A DNA stretch of 64,000 nucleotides from Octopus sinensis (taxonomy: Eukaryota). Below are positions 39,017-50,826 of the stretch, piece after piece. The stretch is from positions 101,618,001 through 101,682,000 of the forward strand of contig NC_043002.1 in NCBI RefSeq assembly GCF_006345805.1, in the 5' to 3' direction. The stretch's first letter is position 1. Each line of letters starts with the position of its first letter. A program made the translations under genes and the position numbers. The notes beneath the pieces are model-generated. The model worked only from the letters and a program-made list of their open reading frames with translations. It was not told where the DNA came from and ran no database searches.

Positions 39017-40074
39017 AGTGTGTGGTCGACAAAATCAAAAAAACAATCAAGGTGCATGCGTGAAATTAAAAATATAGATTGGCGACAATTTACCCATCTA
39101 TTGGACTTTCAAAGAAGTCAAAATGTTGGTGCTCGTATGGCAGGCGCTAGCTTCACGACAACAGCCGAAATGTTTGGTGTAGCAAGAAGTAATATCTCGA
39201 AAGTAATGACACCCTTTGAGAAAGAGGGAAAAACCTCCTCATCGAAACAAATCTCCGGAAGAAAACCAAAATTTTCAGATAAGGACCGTCGCAAATTGTT
39301 AGAAAGGATCACAAAAGTACAGCTCCCATAATTACTGCAGAGCTTCATGACCACCTCGAGAACCCAGTTTCCACAAAAACTGTTCACCGGAAGCTGCACA
39401 AAGCCGGATTTCACGAGAGGGCTGCAATCAGAAAACCACTACTTTCAAAAACAAACGTTCCGAAGCGTTTAGAGTGGGTTAAAAACCTACAGAATTGGTC
39501 CCTAGACCAGTGGGAAATGTCATTTTCTCGGATAAGTCATCCTTTACCTTCTTTCCGACCACCGACCGAGTATACGTGTGGAGACAGCCAAAAGAAGCAT
39601 TTGACCCAGACCACCTTCTTCCAATTCTTAAACATGGAGGAGGATCTGTGATGATTTGGGCGGCTATATCTTGGAAATCCGCCGGCACAATGGTTTCCCT
39701 TAATGGCAGAATTAATAGTTAAGACTATTTAAGCCTTTTATCTCATCAAATTTATCCTATAGTTATGTAACTGATTCCGAAGGGAAACGCAATCTTTCGC
39801 GATGATAATGCACCAATTTACACACCTAAGTTGTTACTGAATGGCACGAGGAACATTCTAGTGAAGTTGAACATCTTCTCTAGCCACCACAGTCCCCAGA
39901 TCACAATATTATTGGACATCTATGGTGCATTTTAGAAAAACAATTAAGGAGTCGATATCCTCCACCATCATTACTACAAGAATTCAAGCTGTAATTACTG
40001 TCAAAGGCGGTCCTACTCCATATTAAAAGAAAACTGTTTGAAATTTTATACTGTTGCCATTATTTTGTCCAACC

Positions 40075-40078
<4 letters not shown>
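39017..40078 (+). mobile_element. Tc1-type (DD34E) transposon relic
   Basis: GARMAGAS...SGRKPK; VIFSDKSSF; KHGGGSVMIW; DDNAP; PPQSPDHNIIGHLW; right end ...CATTATTTTGTCCAACCTCTG-TA. Confidence 0.9.
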
Positions 40079-40147
<69 letters not shown>

Positions 40148-40704
40148 TAAACCCTTGTATCAGTGGTTGTCTCTCACCACAACTTGACAACCGACATTGG
40201 TTTCTTTATGTCCTCATAACTAAGTGGATCTGCCTGCCTGACAGAGAATAATTACCAGGCAATCTGACGAGTACTGGTTTCGAATTGTTGGAGTAAATTT
40301 ACAGAACGGTGCTCCATCATTGCCCCTGTGAAACAATTTTGCATACATGAATATATATTTGCGGGAGTGTATATGTATACGCGTGTATGTATGAGTATAT
40401 ATATATATATATCGATGTACATGCACATCAATGTTACACGCAAACACACTCATGTATCTATTTGGCAAATGACTTGATGAAAGGTCTTTTAGAAATTAAA
40501 GAAACTGTTATATTGTTTTGAGAATTCATTTAACCGTTGAAGGACTCGCAGTAACTGGAATCTTCACTTTACATATATTTCTTAGGGTGTAAAGCTTTCG
40601 TTGAACCTCTGAACCAAATCGCTGGAACTATTTAACACTATTATTCAGAATGGTTTCGTTTGAAAGGTCTTACATGCTTTTCTCTACCTTTCCTCTCTCA
40701 TTCT

Positions 40705-40708
40705 CTCA

Positions 40709-40788
<80 letters not shown>

Positions 40789-40918
40789 GTCTGTCTATCT
40801 ATCTATCTATCTATGTGTGTCTATCTATCTGTCTATCTATCTGTGTCTATCTATCTGTCTGTCTGTCTGTTTGTCTATCTATCTATCAATCTATCTTTCT
40901 GTCTATCTATCTGTGTCA

Positions 40919-40981
<63 letters not shown>

Positions 40982-41015
40982 AATCTATCTATGTATGTAT
41001 CTATCTACCTGTCTG

Positions 41016-41068
<53 letters not shown>

Positions 41069-41118
41069 GTGTCTATTCTTCTATCCATCTATTCATCTAT
41101 CCATCTATCTATCTATCA

Positions 41119-41188
<70 letters not shown>

Positions 41189-41296
41189 ATGTGTATCTAT
41201 CTATCGATCTATCTGTGTATCTATCTATCGATCTATCTGTCTCTCGGTCTGTCCATCGTCCGTCAATCTATCTGCCTGTCTATCATCCATCCATCC

Positions 41297-41352
<56 letters not shown>
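40705..41352. repeat. About 650-bp (TATC)n array with TGTC/TATG/CATC variants
   Basis: Read directly from the sequence. Confidence 0.95.
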
Positions 41353-41659
41353 CTGTTCTGTTTTCTAAATCTTTCGGACCTGGCCGCTAGTCGGAGTAGT
41401 CCTTTTACAGTAGTTGTTCTTTGACTGCTTGACTTAGCAATCCACTAGTATTCTTTCAATCCAAATGCTTTCGTCACTAAGTTCCCATGTTTCATCACTA
41501 CCATTTCTCTTCTTCTCCGTTTGTTTCCCCCTTCTCTCTTCTTTTTAACAAAACTTTGTCCTGGTGCTATCTTTTCAAACGTTTCAAAACATCCTTCGCT
41601 CTGTATATGTAAAATCTGTTTGAAATATCTTCTTGTAGTGCAATTCGATTTGAATTTAC

Positions 41660-41697
<38 letters not shown>

Positions 41698-41700
41698 TTA

Positions 41701-41736
<36 letters not shown>

Positions 41737-41772
41737 TTATCTTTCTCTCTCTCATATATATATATATATATA

Positions 41773-41853
<81 letters not shown>

Positions 41854-43074
41854 AGCTTGTGCATCCGTGTGTGCGTGATTATGTATGCGATCGTATTTTG
41901 GTGCGTTTCTGTGTGTGTATGTGTGTGTGTGCATGTGTGTGCGTGTGTGTGTGTGTGTGTGCGTTATTGTATCAAGAGCCCAATAAAAGTAAACAAGATT
42001 ATTCTAAGCTTGCGTTAAGCTTTCGTTAATCCTCAAATCCTGAAACTAATCTAGCCTGCTTCATCTGTCGGTGTGAAATGGTCAATTTATATATAAAACG
42101 AAAGGAAAAATAGCCACATGTGAATGCATAGAAAGAATTATCAGAAGAATTGTAAACATATTTTATTGGCAAAGAAAATACCTCAAACAATTCTGAATGC
42201 AAATTAGCAGAGAAAATTTTTATCTGTAGGATAACAACTGTTCATTAAATATCTTGACATTACAGTTTTAATCTGGCAAAAGTTTTAATTCAGTTACGGA
42301 GCTTTGCTTTAGTATCAAGTATGTTTTACTTTAATTTCCCTGTAGAACCATTGATAACTTTACTAATTCCATCCGTACTAATTACGTTTTAAAGTTGCTG
42401 TAATAAAAATTGATGCGTACGTATTGGATGTCTGTGTGGTTAACTAGTTCACTTGACAACGATGGGATTTCTGGTTCGATTTCTTTAGGAGATGCGTTGA
42501 CCAAGTTTCTTCTACCTTGGCTGGCGAACACTATAAGGAAGCACGTCTAAGGAATCGTTTGAATTCTTGCTTGGTAAACTCAACCTCTCACTTCTGTTTA
42601 CTCTCACTACGTTTAGCGAGCTACATTCTCGTTCAAGTTTTGAAACCAGATCTGCAGTCAAAGTCTAACAATCTACCATAGATATACCAGTAATAAATAG
42701 TTTGAAAATAACCAGGGTTGGTGCAATTTCCCTCCAAAGTGGCCATTGAAAAATGTTTTTCACATCAAGACAGCTATGGGGATTCATTTCCAAAAGGGAA
42801 ACAGTGCACTCTGCTTAACAAAATTGTATATTGTTTTATTCCTTTTTATTTATTTCAATAATCTAATTGTGGCCAAGATGGAGTTATGTCAGTCATGCTG
42901 ACAAATATTAATCTGGTAAGGTATTGTCGAAGTCAGAGTAGGATAGAAGACAAAGTCTACAATGATTCTAATTCGCAGCACCATCTGTAACTTGTGATCG
43001 ACATTAGGTGAAAGAAACTGTGAGGAAGCCTGCTGTATACACACACACATGCACAAACACTCACGCATGCACAC

Positions 43075-43105
<31 letters not shown>

Positions 43106-43867
43106 GCAGTGTGTCTAAAAGTTGACGAAAAGTTGGGTGCTTTTCTCATAATGGCATGTCATTGATGAAATCGCGAATGGTGACAAAAAGCCTTTTACAA
43201 ACCCGTTTGATTAACCGAAATATTTATTAAATAATCGATTAGTTAACTGATCAAATAGTTAACCAAATGACAAGCACTTAGTAAAGAAGTGAAACAGAAC
43301 CAGAGGTAACGTGTTTATTATTAGTACAATGACCCACCTGAGATGCAACAACATCCCTTGTAATACGTATTCTCTGGGTGTCAAAAATGCATTGGCCACT
43401 TGATTCGTCCGTTAAAACTTGTACCGAATTGCAAAACAAAGTCTGCAGCGGTAGGGTTTGAACTTGGAACAGCGAAGGTACGAAATAAATTCTGGCCTAC
43501 CATTTTACTACGTGTGCTATTTATTCACCCATTTCCAGTAAACTTAGGAAAGATTAATTCTTGCTGAAAGAGAATGGGAAAACGTATCGTTTTCTTTCTC
43601 AAACACGTTAGTTATGTCTGTGTGTGCATATATAATCATGGATATACGTGTGTGAGTGAGTGAGAGGAGGAGAAAGAGAGAGAGAGGGAATGTGTGCGTC
43701 CGTGTGTGAGCGCGTTGTGTGTGTGTTGTGCTGTGTGTGTGTGTGTGTCTGTACAAAGATGAAGTTATGCCTTTGCTGAACGAAAATTTTATTTACGATG
43801 CTAGTTGTGAAGGTGATCTTAAAATAGACATGGAATGTTTATGCACGTATATATTATATATATATAT

Positions 43868-43946
<79 letters not shown>

Positions 43947-43975
43947 TATATATATACATATATATACATATACAT

Positions 43976-44008
<33 letters not shown>

Positions 44009-44551
44009 CATAAATGCATACACACACACGTAGGCAAATACGCTTACACTTGCACGCATCTACACTCGCACACATACTGGCGGGCAAAAAGTGTTAGAAA
44101 AGATAGATGTACGTTTAAATAACCCGAAATATTCGCGAAGAGTCAAGAATGAGAATGGTGAGAGAGAAGAAATGATTTCACTATTCTGTGGGCTGTTAAG
44201 TGTGTTGGAAATGTGGAAAATGATAACCGAGATGGTTTTTTGCGTCTGTATGCTACGAATGCATGAATAAAATAAACATACTTGGATGGATTTTCGAGTG
44301 AGAAACAAGAAATAGGTTGTTTGTGCTGTATCGGAGAGAGGCACAAATTCTTTAAGGCAAAGTGAATTATTTTTATACGGGTTGGTTCTGAAGTAACAAC
44401 ATTCAAGTAAAATATTTGAATTAATAATTGAGTTTTTAAGTACAGTTGCGTACAATCATATTTATGACGTTCGTGTAAACTCAGAAAGAGTCTCGATACA
44501 TAATTCGCAATATTTTTCCTACATCACTGGGTTATGAATGACGACATCGGA

Positions 44552-44598
44552 CCGTATGGCACAAGCATTTCAACGGAATTGCGCTTCATCAGCTACGG
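44552..44598 (-). ncRNA. Hammerhead relic
   Basis: Minus strand CCGUAG-CUGAUGA-AGCG CAAUUC CGUU-GAAA-UGCUUGUG-CC-A-UACGG; stems I and II pair, stem III and the NUH site are damaged. Confidence 0.5.
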
Positions 44599-45191
44599 AC
44601 ACTGATCCCGTCGCCCATTGTCAATTTAAGCTGCCGATGTTATATTTATGCTGCAAATAACATATTTGCTGACACGTACTAAGCTTGGGGAAGCTGGAAT
44701 TATTAACTAAAGTCGCAAATTTTTCAAGCTGGAATTTATCGGTGTTTAAAGTCATCCATAACACATTCGTGTACATTTGGACGTGCTTACTCATTTCACA
44801 GAGGAAGTAGTTTTGGGAGAAAATCCTCCTCATAGACAATATCTTTAACCTCTCACATTTGTTTTTCACGTCCTCCAAGCGTAATTGTAGGAAGGAGGTT
44901 GTTATCCCTGACTTTAGGTAAAATATCTTGTTGAAACATTTGGAAACAGCGCTGAGTCTATTAACGACCAAGTTAATCGTAGTGGTGTCAAAACGTGTCG
45001 TGTATTAAGATGAGGCCTAAAAGCAAGAAAGGCTTGCACAGAGAAGTCAGCATTATCGCCATGATTTCATTTATAATGAATTCGTCGACCTTAAGCTGCG
45101 TTAGAAACATTTTAATAATCTGCTGAAATGAAACTTCTGAAACTCAACGCTCCCATCTGTATCGAAATGTTATTAATGTCTACAGTAATGT

Positions 45192-45330
45192 TGTGGAGGT
45201 TCATAGCCTAGTGGTCAAGGTTTTGCACTCCAGTTTGCAAGATGTTCGTTTCGATCCCGGACTAGGCTGTGTTTTTGAGCAAATCACTTCCTTTCACGTT
45301 GCTTCAGTGCACTTACCTGTTACAAGTAAC
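45192..45330 (+). mobile_element. Degenerate CORE-type SINE head
   Basis: TAGCCTAGTGGTCAAGG (A box), GTTTCGATCCC (B box), TGTGTTTTTGAGCAAATCACTTCCTTTCACGTTGCTTCAGTGCAC. Confidence 0.6.
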
Positions 45331-45949
45331 CGTGAGACGGACTGCAAGACTGTCTGAAAGGAATGTTGTGGTCTCCGTCATTTACACACAATGGAAACCA
45401 AACAAGTGTCACTATGGGTCTGGGTCACTGCCCCTTGCCTTAGGATTTCTAGGAATAGTGGCAGTAATTACTATATCGGGAACCTGCAGTAATTTTTTTA
45501 CGTTGCATTTGAGTCATAAAATTTAATAATTTTAAAGCGATCGGTTTAAATATAATCAATATGTTCAAATGGCATAACTAAATAATGTGGGACTATATAC
45601 TGTGAGTATGGAAAATAAAGTTAGCTAACTCTAATCTTTAGCCGAGCAAAGAACGTAGACAACTCCGCACATTATTGCTATTGAGATTTCCTCAAGGAAA
45701 TTATAAATTTACCCAGCCTAAGTTTAGAGCTGTAGAACACAAACAACGATAAGTTGCGTGGCTTTTAAGGCATAACAAATCTAGTTAACAGTCAAGATGG
45801 AGACAAATTTTTGTTTCTTTTAGAACGTTAAATTTCTGTAGACGTGTTGCAGTTTCTGAGCCCAAGGCCTATTAAACATTAATCCAGTCATTCCTCGTCC
45901 TTTTTCTCTCCTTACTATTCCTCAGAATTTGGTACGAGAGTGTTCTTCA

Positions 45950-46340
45950 TTTACCTCCGACATAAGAATGTCAATGAAAGCAACTGTTCGGCTTCAAGAA
46001 CACGCCTTGTGTCCTTTTCCTGCAAATACGTCTTGTGATTTTTTTCGTTCTAATGACATGTCCATTGTAGCGGAGTTGTGATTTCCCGGTGCGGAATAAT
46101 GGCGTCTCGACCGGGTCCCTGAGTTATTCAACCTGTCAAATAACTTTAATCCAGAGATCTTTCGGAGGAACCCTATTTCGGCCGTTTCTGTTCGCGGCCA
46201 TACTTTCGGTCATTATCCAACATAAATGAACATGAGTGACGATAAGCAGGAAAACCGAGCTGAACGTAGCAAGCTTGACTTTATTGAAAACCTCTCCTCT
46301 TGTGTGGAACGAGCGCTGAAGCTGGGGCATTACTGTACCA
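45950..46340 (-). mobile_element. RTE-clade LINE ORF remnant
   Basis: LQRSFHTRGEVFNKVKLATFSSVF...WIMTES + TAEIGFLRKISGLKLFDRLNNS match RTE post-RT motifs. Confidence 0.7.
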
Positions 46341-46495
46341 AAACCTGGAACTCTAACAATAAATGGATGCCAGCTTTAAACATGCATCTTTTATTTATCG
46401 CTCATAATCTATGCTGAACTATATTATTCCAGCATGTCCATTAATATTTTGAGAGGGTAGATTTCAAATTTAGCTGATGATGATGATCATCATGA

Positions 46496-46590
46496 TCGGC
46501 GGAATTTGAACTCGGAACGTAACGACAGACGAAATACGGCTACACATTTCGCCCGGCATACTAACGATTCTTGCATACTCGCCGCCTTAG
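46496..46590 (-). mobile_element. SINE family B head only
   Basis: CGGCGGAATTTGAACTCGGAACGTAACGAC...CTCGCCGCCTT. Confidence 0.8.
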
Positions 46591-47145
46591 AAGAAAATTA
46601 CCTCAAAAGGAATAGACAGGCCACATTGAATCTAACATAAACCTCTAAATCTTAAACACTATAAAAAATTCCAGTTACATCTAGATTTAAGAGTATCCAG
46701 TTGTTATCTACCCTTGAATTCAATCTCTCTCATGTCTTAGAGAATTTTTCAGAATAATATATTTTATTTACGTTATTCCCAGAATACTTAGCGCATAACA
46801 GAGGGAACCGCCATTTGCACAGGAACGAGAAGTGAACGTTATGTCGGTAAGTATTCTTCGTTCGTTAATTATTTTACTAAATATTTTTACTACTTTTATT
46901 CAATAAATTTATAACGTAAATAGAGGTTTTTACTAAATAATATTTTTAAATACTATTAACTTACTTTTGACAAAAAAAAAATGGTAATCTATACTTGTAT
47001 AGATAGGGGTAAATCTTACCCTAAATTATAAATTCCCGTAATGTTTATATAGATCGATTGTAGGATTTGATGTGTTTATAATATAGTCGTCGAGGGTTTC
47101 CCTACGTTTAGCATTTTCTATATATATCGGTATTGTAGTTTCAGG

Positions 47146-47550
47146 TACTCTTTACTCTTTACTCTTTTACTTGTTTCAGTCATTTGACTGCGGCCATGCT
47201 GGAGCACCGCCTTTAGTCGAGCAATCGACCCCGGGACTTATTCTTTGTAAGCCCTTACTTATTCTATCGGTCTCTTTTGCCGAACCGCTATTGACGGGGA
47301 CGTAACACACCAGCATCGGTTGTCAAGCATGCTAGGGAACAAACACAGACCACAAACTATTCACACACACTTAATATATTATACATATATACGACAGGCT
47401 TCTTTCAGTTTCCGTCTTCCAAATCCACTCACAAGGCATTGGTCGGTCCGGGGCTATAGCAGAGAGACACTTGCCCAAGATGCCACGCAGTGGGACTGAA
47501 CCCGAACCTGTGGTTGGTACAAGCTACTACCAAACAGCCCACTCCTGCGC
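47146..47550 (-). mobile_element. SINE family A copy with many single-base deletions
   Basis: Co-linear with 23451-23853 but with shortened homopolymers (GCAATCG for GCAAATCG, GTAACAC for GTAAACAC, GGGAAC for GGGGGAC). Confidence 0.85.
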
Positions 47551-49069
47551 TTAAATTTTTTAAACACTCCTGTGTTTAAATTTTTTACTTTTTTAAAGTT
47601 TCTTAATTTTTTTAATTCTTAAAAATATATTTGTAATTCATATTTTTTAATTATATACTCATATTCATATTCATATATTCATATTCTTATTTCATATGAC
47701 ATAATTTATATTTTTAACTTTGATCCGTTAATAATAAAATCAATAAGATAAATAGCCTGAGCACGCACTGGTGGATATATGTATTAGGCATAGCCTTGAT
47801 AAACATCCCGCCAGAAACACGTGTAATGTCGATTAAACATATATTCTTTCCCTACAGACTAATAACAGGTGAGTTATATTTATTTTTCAAATATTTTTTC
47901 AACTGATTTTATTGTATTTTATAGTATGTTTTTAAATGCTTATATTATTTTATTGGATATAACTTTCTATATGTATTCCATACAATAAGGCTATCCGGAA
48001 ATAGGAATTGCGGTTCTATTGGTAAAATCCCGAATATGTAATAATATTATAAATGATACTGTTTACATTGCATTAATAAAGTGTAAAATAGTAAATATCC
48101 TGAGATCCTGGAATACTTATTCCCTAAAATTTTAAAAATTTACCCTGCTACTCATCCCTTACTTTCAAGCAATAGATTATGTGCATATGTTTCCAGATAA
48201 ATTCTGTAAGTTGTCTGAGTGGTCTTCGTAGTGATTGCCTAATAACTATGTAATGATGAGGTATTACCTTGATTCTACATAACAGTAATCTTCTTTTTAA
48301 TGTTTAAACGGATCTGTATATCCCTTTTATCCCACCTGACTCTGATATCACTTTGTAAACATTAAAAACAATTACTTTTATTTTTATACAACATAATAAT
48401 ACACGGTTTTTATTAATGTTTTCCTAAATCCAATTATAGCGCCCAAAGTTTCATAGTGTACGCCCCTTTGACTGAAAATAATGACAAGAGCTAATGTCAC
48501 CCCTACCCTACCACTTTATTGGCATTTCCTGCTATCTAATTGACTCCTAATGCCTTTTTTTGTGGTCAGGGGTACTTGTGTAATCAAGAAATTAAGGAAA
48601 CATCTTGTAATATTTATGACCAGTATCCAGCTCTGAGTGTCAGCACACAATGTTCGTTATTCTCAATAAACGGAGGAATTTCAACCGTGCTTCGTGGTCT
48701 GCTACCACAACAGCTCCTTTATAGGATCCAGTTAGCTCAAAACATCATCAGGAGGAACTACGTCCAGTTTCGGCCCCTACTCCTCTACCGTTTTGACGTG
48801 GCGGAGCGCCCCTTTCGGAGGTGTCTTCTTTCTTCTGTTCCTTGGCCTCTTCGATGTGGCGTCAACGAGTGTCAGCCGGCGACTGACTGATTTGTCAAAT
48901 TTTTCCCTTTAAATACCTGCTGACAGACTCCAGCAGGCATCCCGAGCAAGTTGTCATGTGACACTGTCTCAACTTTAACTGACCAATGAAGGCGCATAGT
49001 CTTTGCCCACGCATTCTCTAAACGACCGTCACCTGTCAATCAGCGAAGCTACTTCAGTGTCAGCTTGTC

Positions 49070-50350
49070 TCACCTTGTGATGTTATTTCCCCCCGGCATG
49101 TTATGACTTTCAAGCCATTTTTGGTCTTCCCGCTTCAGCCATATATAGAAGCTGGCTTTTTCGACCGCCTCCTGTACTCTCATTATTAGCTTTCTCAGCT
49201 CCGAGCTAGAAAAACAAATCTTCTTTTGAATAGCGTTATCATTTTTCTTTCAATGAAGCCCCTAATCCCCACTGCCAGGTGGTAACACTCAACAGTCTAT
49301 CCCTGTTCTCTGCACTCTTCGATTAGTTTTTCGTACCTCTTCTTTCGTTTCTCTCCATTGCCGATGTTCTCTTCCCAAGGTGCTGTCAGTTCTAGCAAAA
49401 TTCCCATTCTCCATTCTCTGTTCCATAGGACTAAATCTGGTCTTTTTGTCGTGGAAATATTACTTGTCTTTCCAAATCCGTGGCCACCTCCCAGTATCCC
49501 TTCAATCTTTCGTCTATCTCGTATACTTGTAGGCCTGGTTTTATATCCTTTTCCCTCCTTCTGGAAGTATACTTCCCTGTGCTTTTCCACTTTTGGGTAC
49601 TCCCCCGTATTGTATCTCTCGATCTTCTCCTTGAGTGCTGCGCTTATGACGCCGAGGACTTGATTATGACGCTATGTTTACATTTCTAGTGCTAGTCTGC
49701 AGTTTGGCAGAACATGTCTATCCGTCGCTTTCTCTCCACATCTACATTCATCGGTTGTTTTTATGTTCCACCGGACTAAGTTCGCTGGTGAGGGTAGACC
49801 GTCGAAGGTAGACTTGATCAGGAAGGAAGTTCTTGCTTGTTCCCAAGCCCAAAGTTCCTTCCATGAGATTCTGCGACTGATCACATATTCCTCCCATCTC
49901 ATTCACTGTCCCTGTTGACTACATTGCACCAATGTACATTTCGCCTTTCTTCTTTCTCCTTTCTCACTTCGCGTACCACTGCCTCTTTCATTTCTTTTAT
50001 ACTACTCTTGCAAAATGGCCAGAAATTGTGCGACTCTAGGCCGTCTCTTGCTTCTTGCGTCGCCCCGACTATATCTGCGTACCTTAGTTTTCCGATCGCA
50101 TTGTTTACGGCCTACAAAGAATACTTTCTCGGGGTACCTGAAGGAGTTCGGGACGAGGTACCGCCGCAGGAAGCCAGGGCTCTTCCACTTTAGTCGTTGA
50201 TACCTGCCCCATGGACAATGCGCCAGTCCACGAATCAATCCCGGTAACATAGTACGTTCCTCTTCCTCCGTACACTCCTGTCTTTACTCCGCGTGGTGTT
50301 TGGTTGTTCTCCAGACTGAAGAACCGCATGGGCTGTTGTTTTGATGACAT
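49070..50350 (-). mobile_element. HERO-clade (REL endonuclease) non-LTR retrotransposon, RT domain absent
   Basis: LRYADIVGATQEARDGL...EVRKEKEERR...QQGQ*MRWEE...ISWKELWAWEQARTSFLIKSTFDGLPSPANL..W....CRCGEKATDRHVLPNC.LAL; RPDLVLWN...LELTAPWEE...ERKK.RY; ORF ends at 49070. Confidence 0.8.
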
Positions 50351-50826
50351 TGTGAAAATGAAGAATGCTTTAACAGAGGTTCAGGATAACATCGTTTCTA
50401 TGGTGGTCTTCGGGAAATGGCCGGAGGGTTAGAAGTGAATTGAAATGCCTATCACGAAGACTCCTGAAATGTACCTTGCACATTATACATTTACGCATAA
50501 ATGTGTGCATATACTATATAATATATGATTAGGGTTTGTGTAAAGAAGTAATGTTTTCAATCATCTATTTAAAAATGCGTAAGAAACAGCTGTAATGGGC
50601 TGACAATTATTCATCGTCTGTTATTATTCATTTGATTATAATACACCAAGGAGATTTAAGACTTATCGCACACCCTAGACTATACTAACAACGAACAATT
50701 TAATGTAACGCGTGGTTTGGACCAGTCCCGAGGTGCTAAATACTCAGAGGATTAGTTATCTCTGTGTACACAACCGGAATATCCTATTTGATAGTTTACC
50801 AACTATAATCCGGAACCACAGGCTTA

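Noticed and set aside
40650-41424. Long ORFs such as (IYLS)n here, and at 20046-20771, 62444-63383, 6146-6700 and elsewhere
   Set aside because: Translations of stop-free microsatellites; no domain content or splice context.
47950-48200. Two YPEI peptides suggesting ankyrin repeats
   Set aside because: Different frames with stops, in a suspected low-quality AT-rich segment.
48730-48775. GAAAC...CUGAUGA in type II hammerhead order on the minus strand
   Set aside because: Only 4-7 nt lie between the putative cleavage site and the core, so stem I cannot form, and stem II does not pair.
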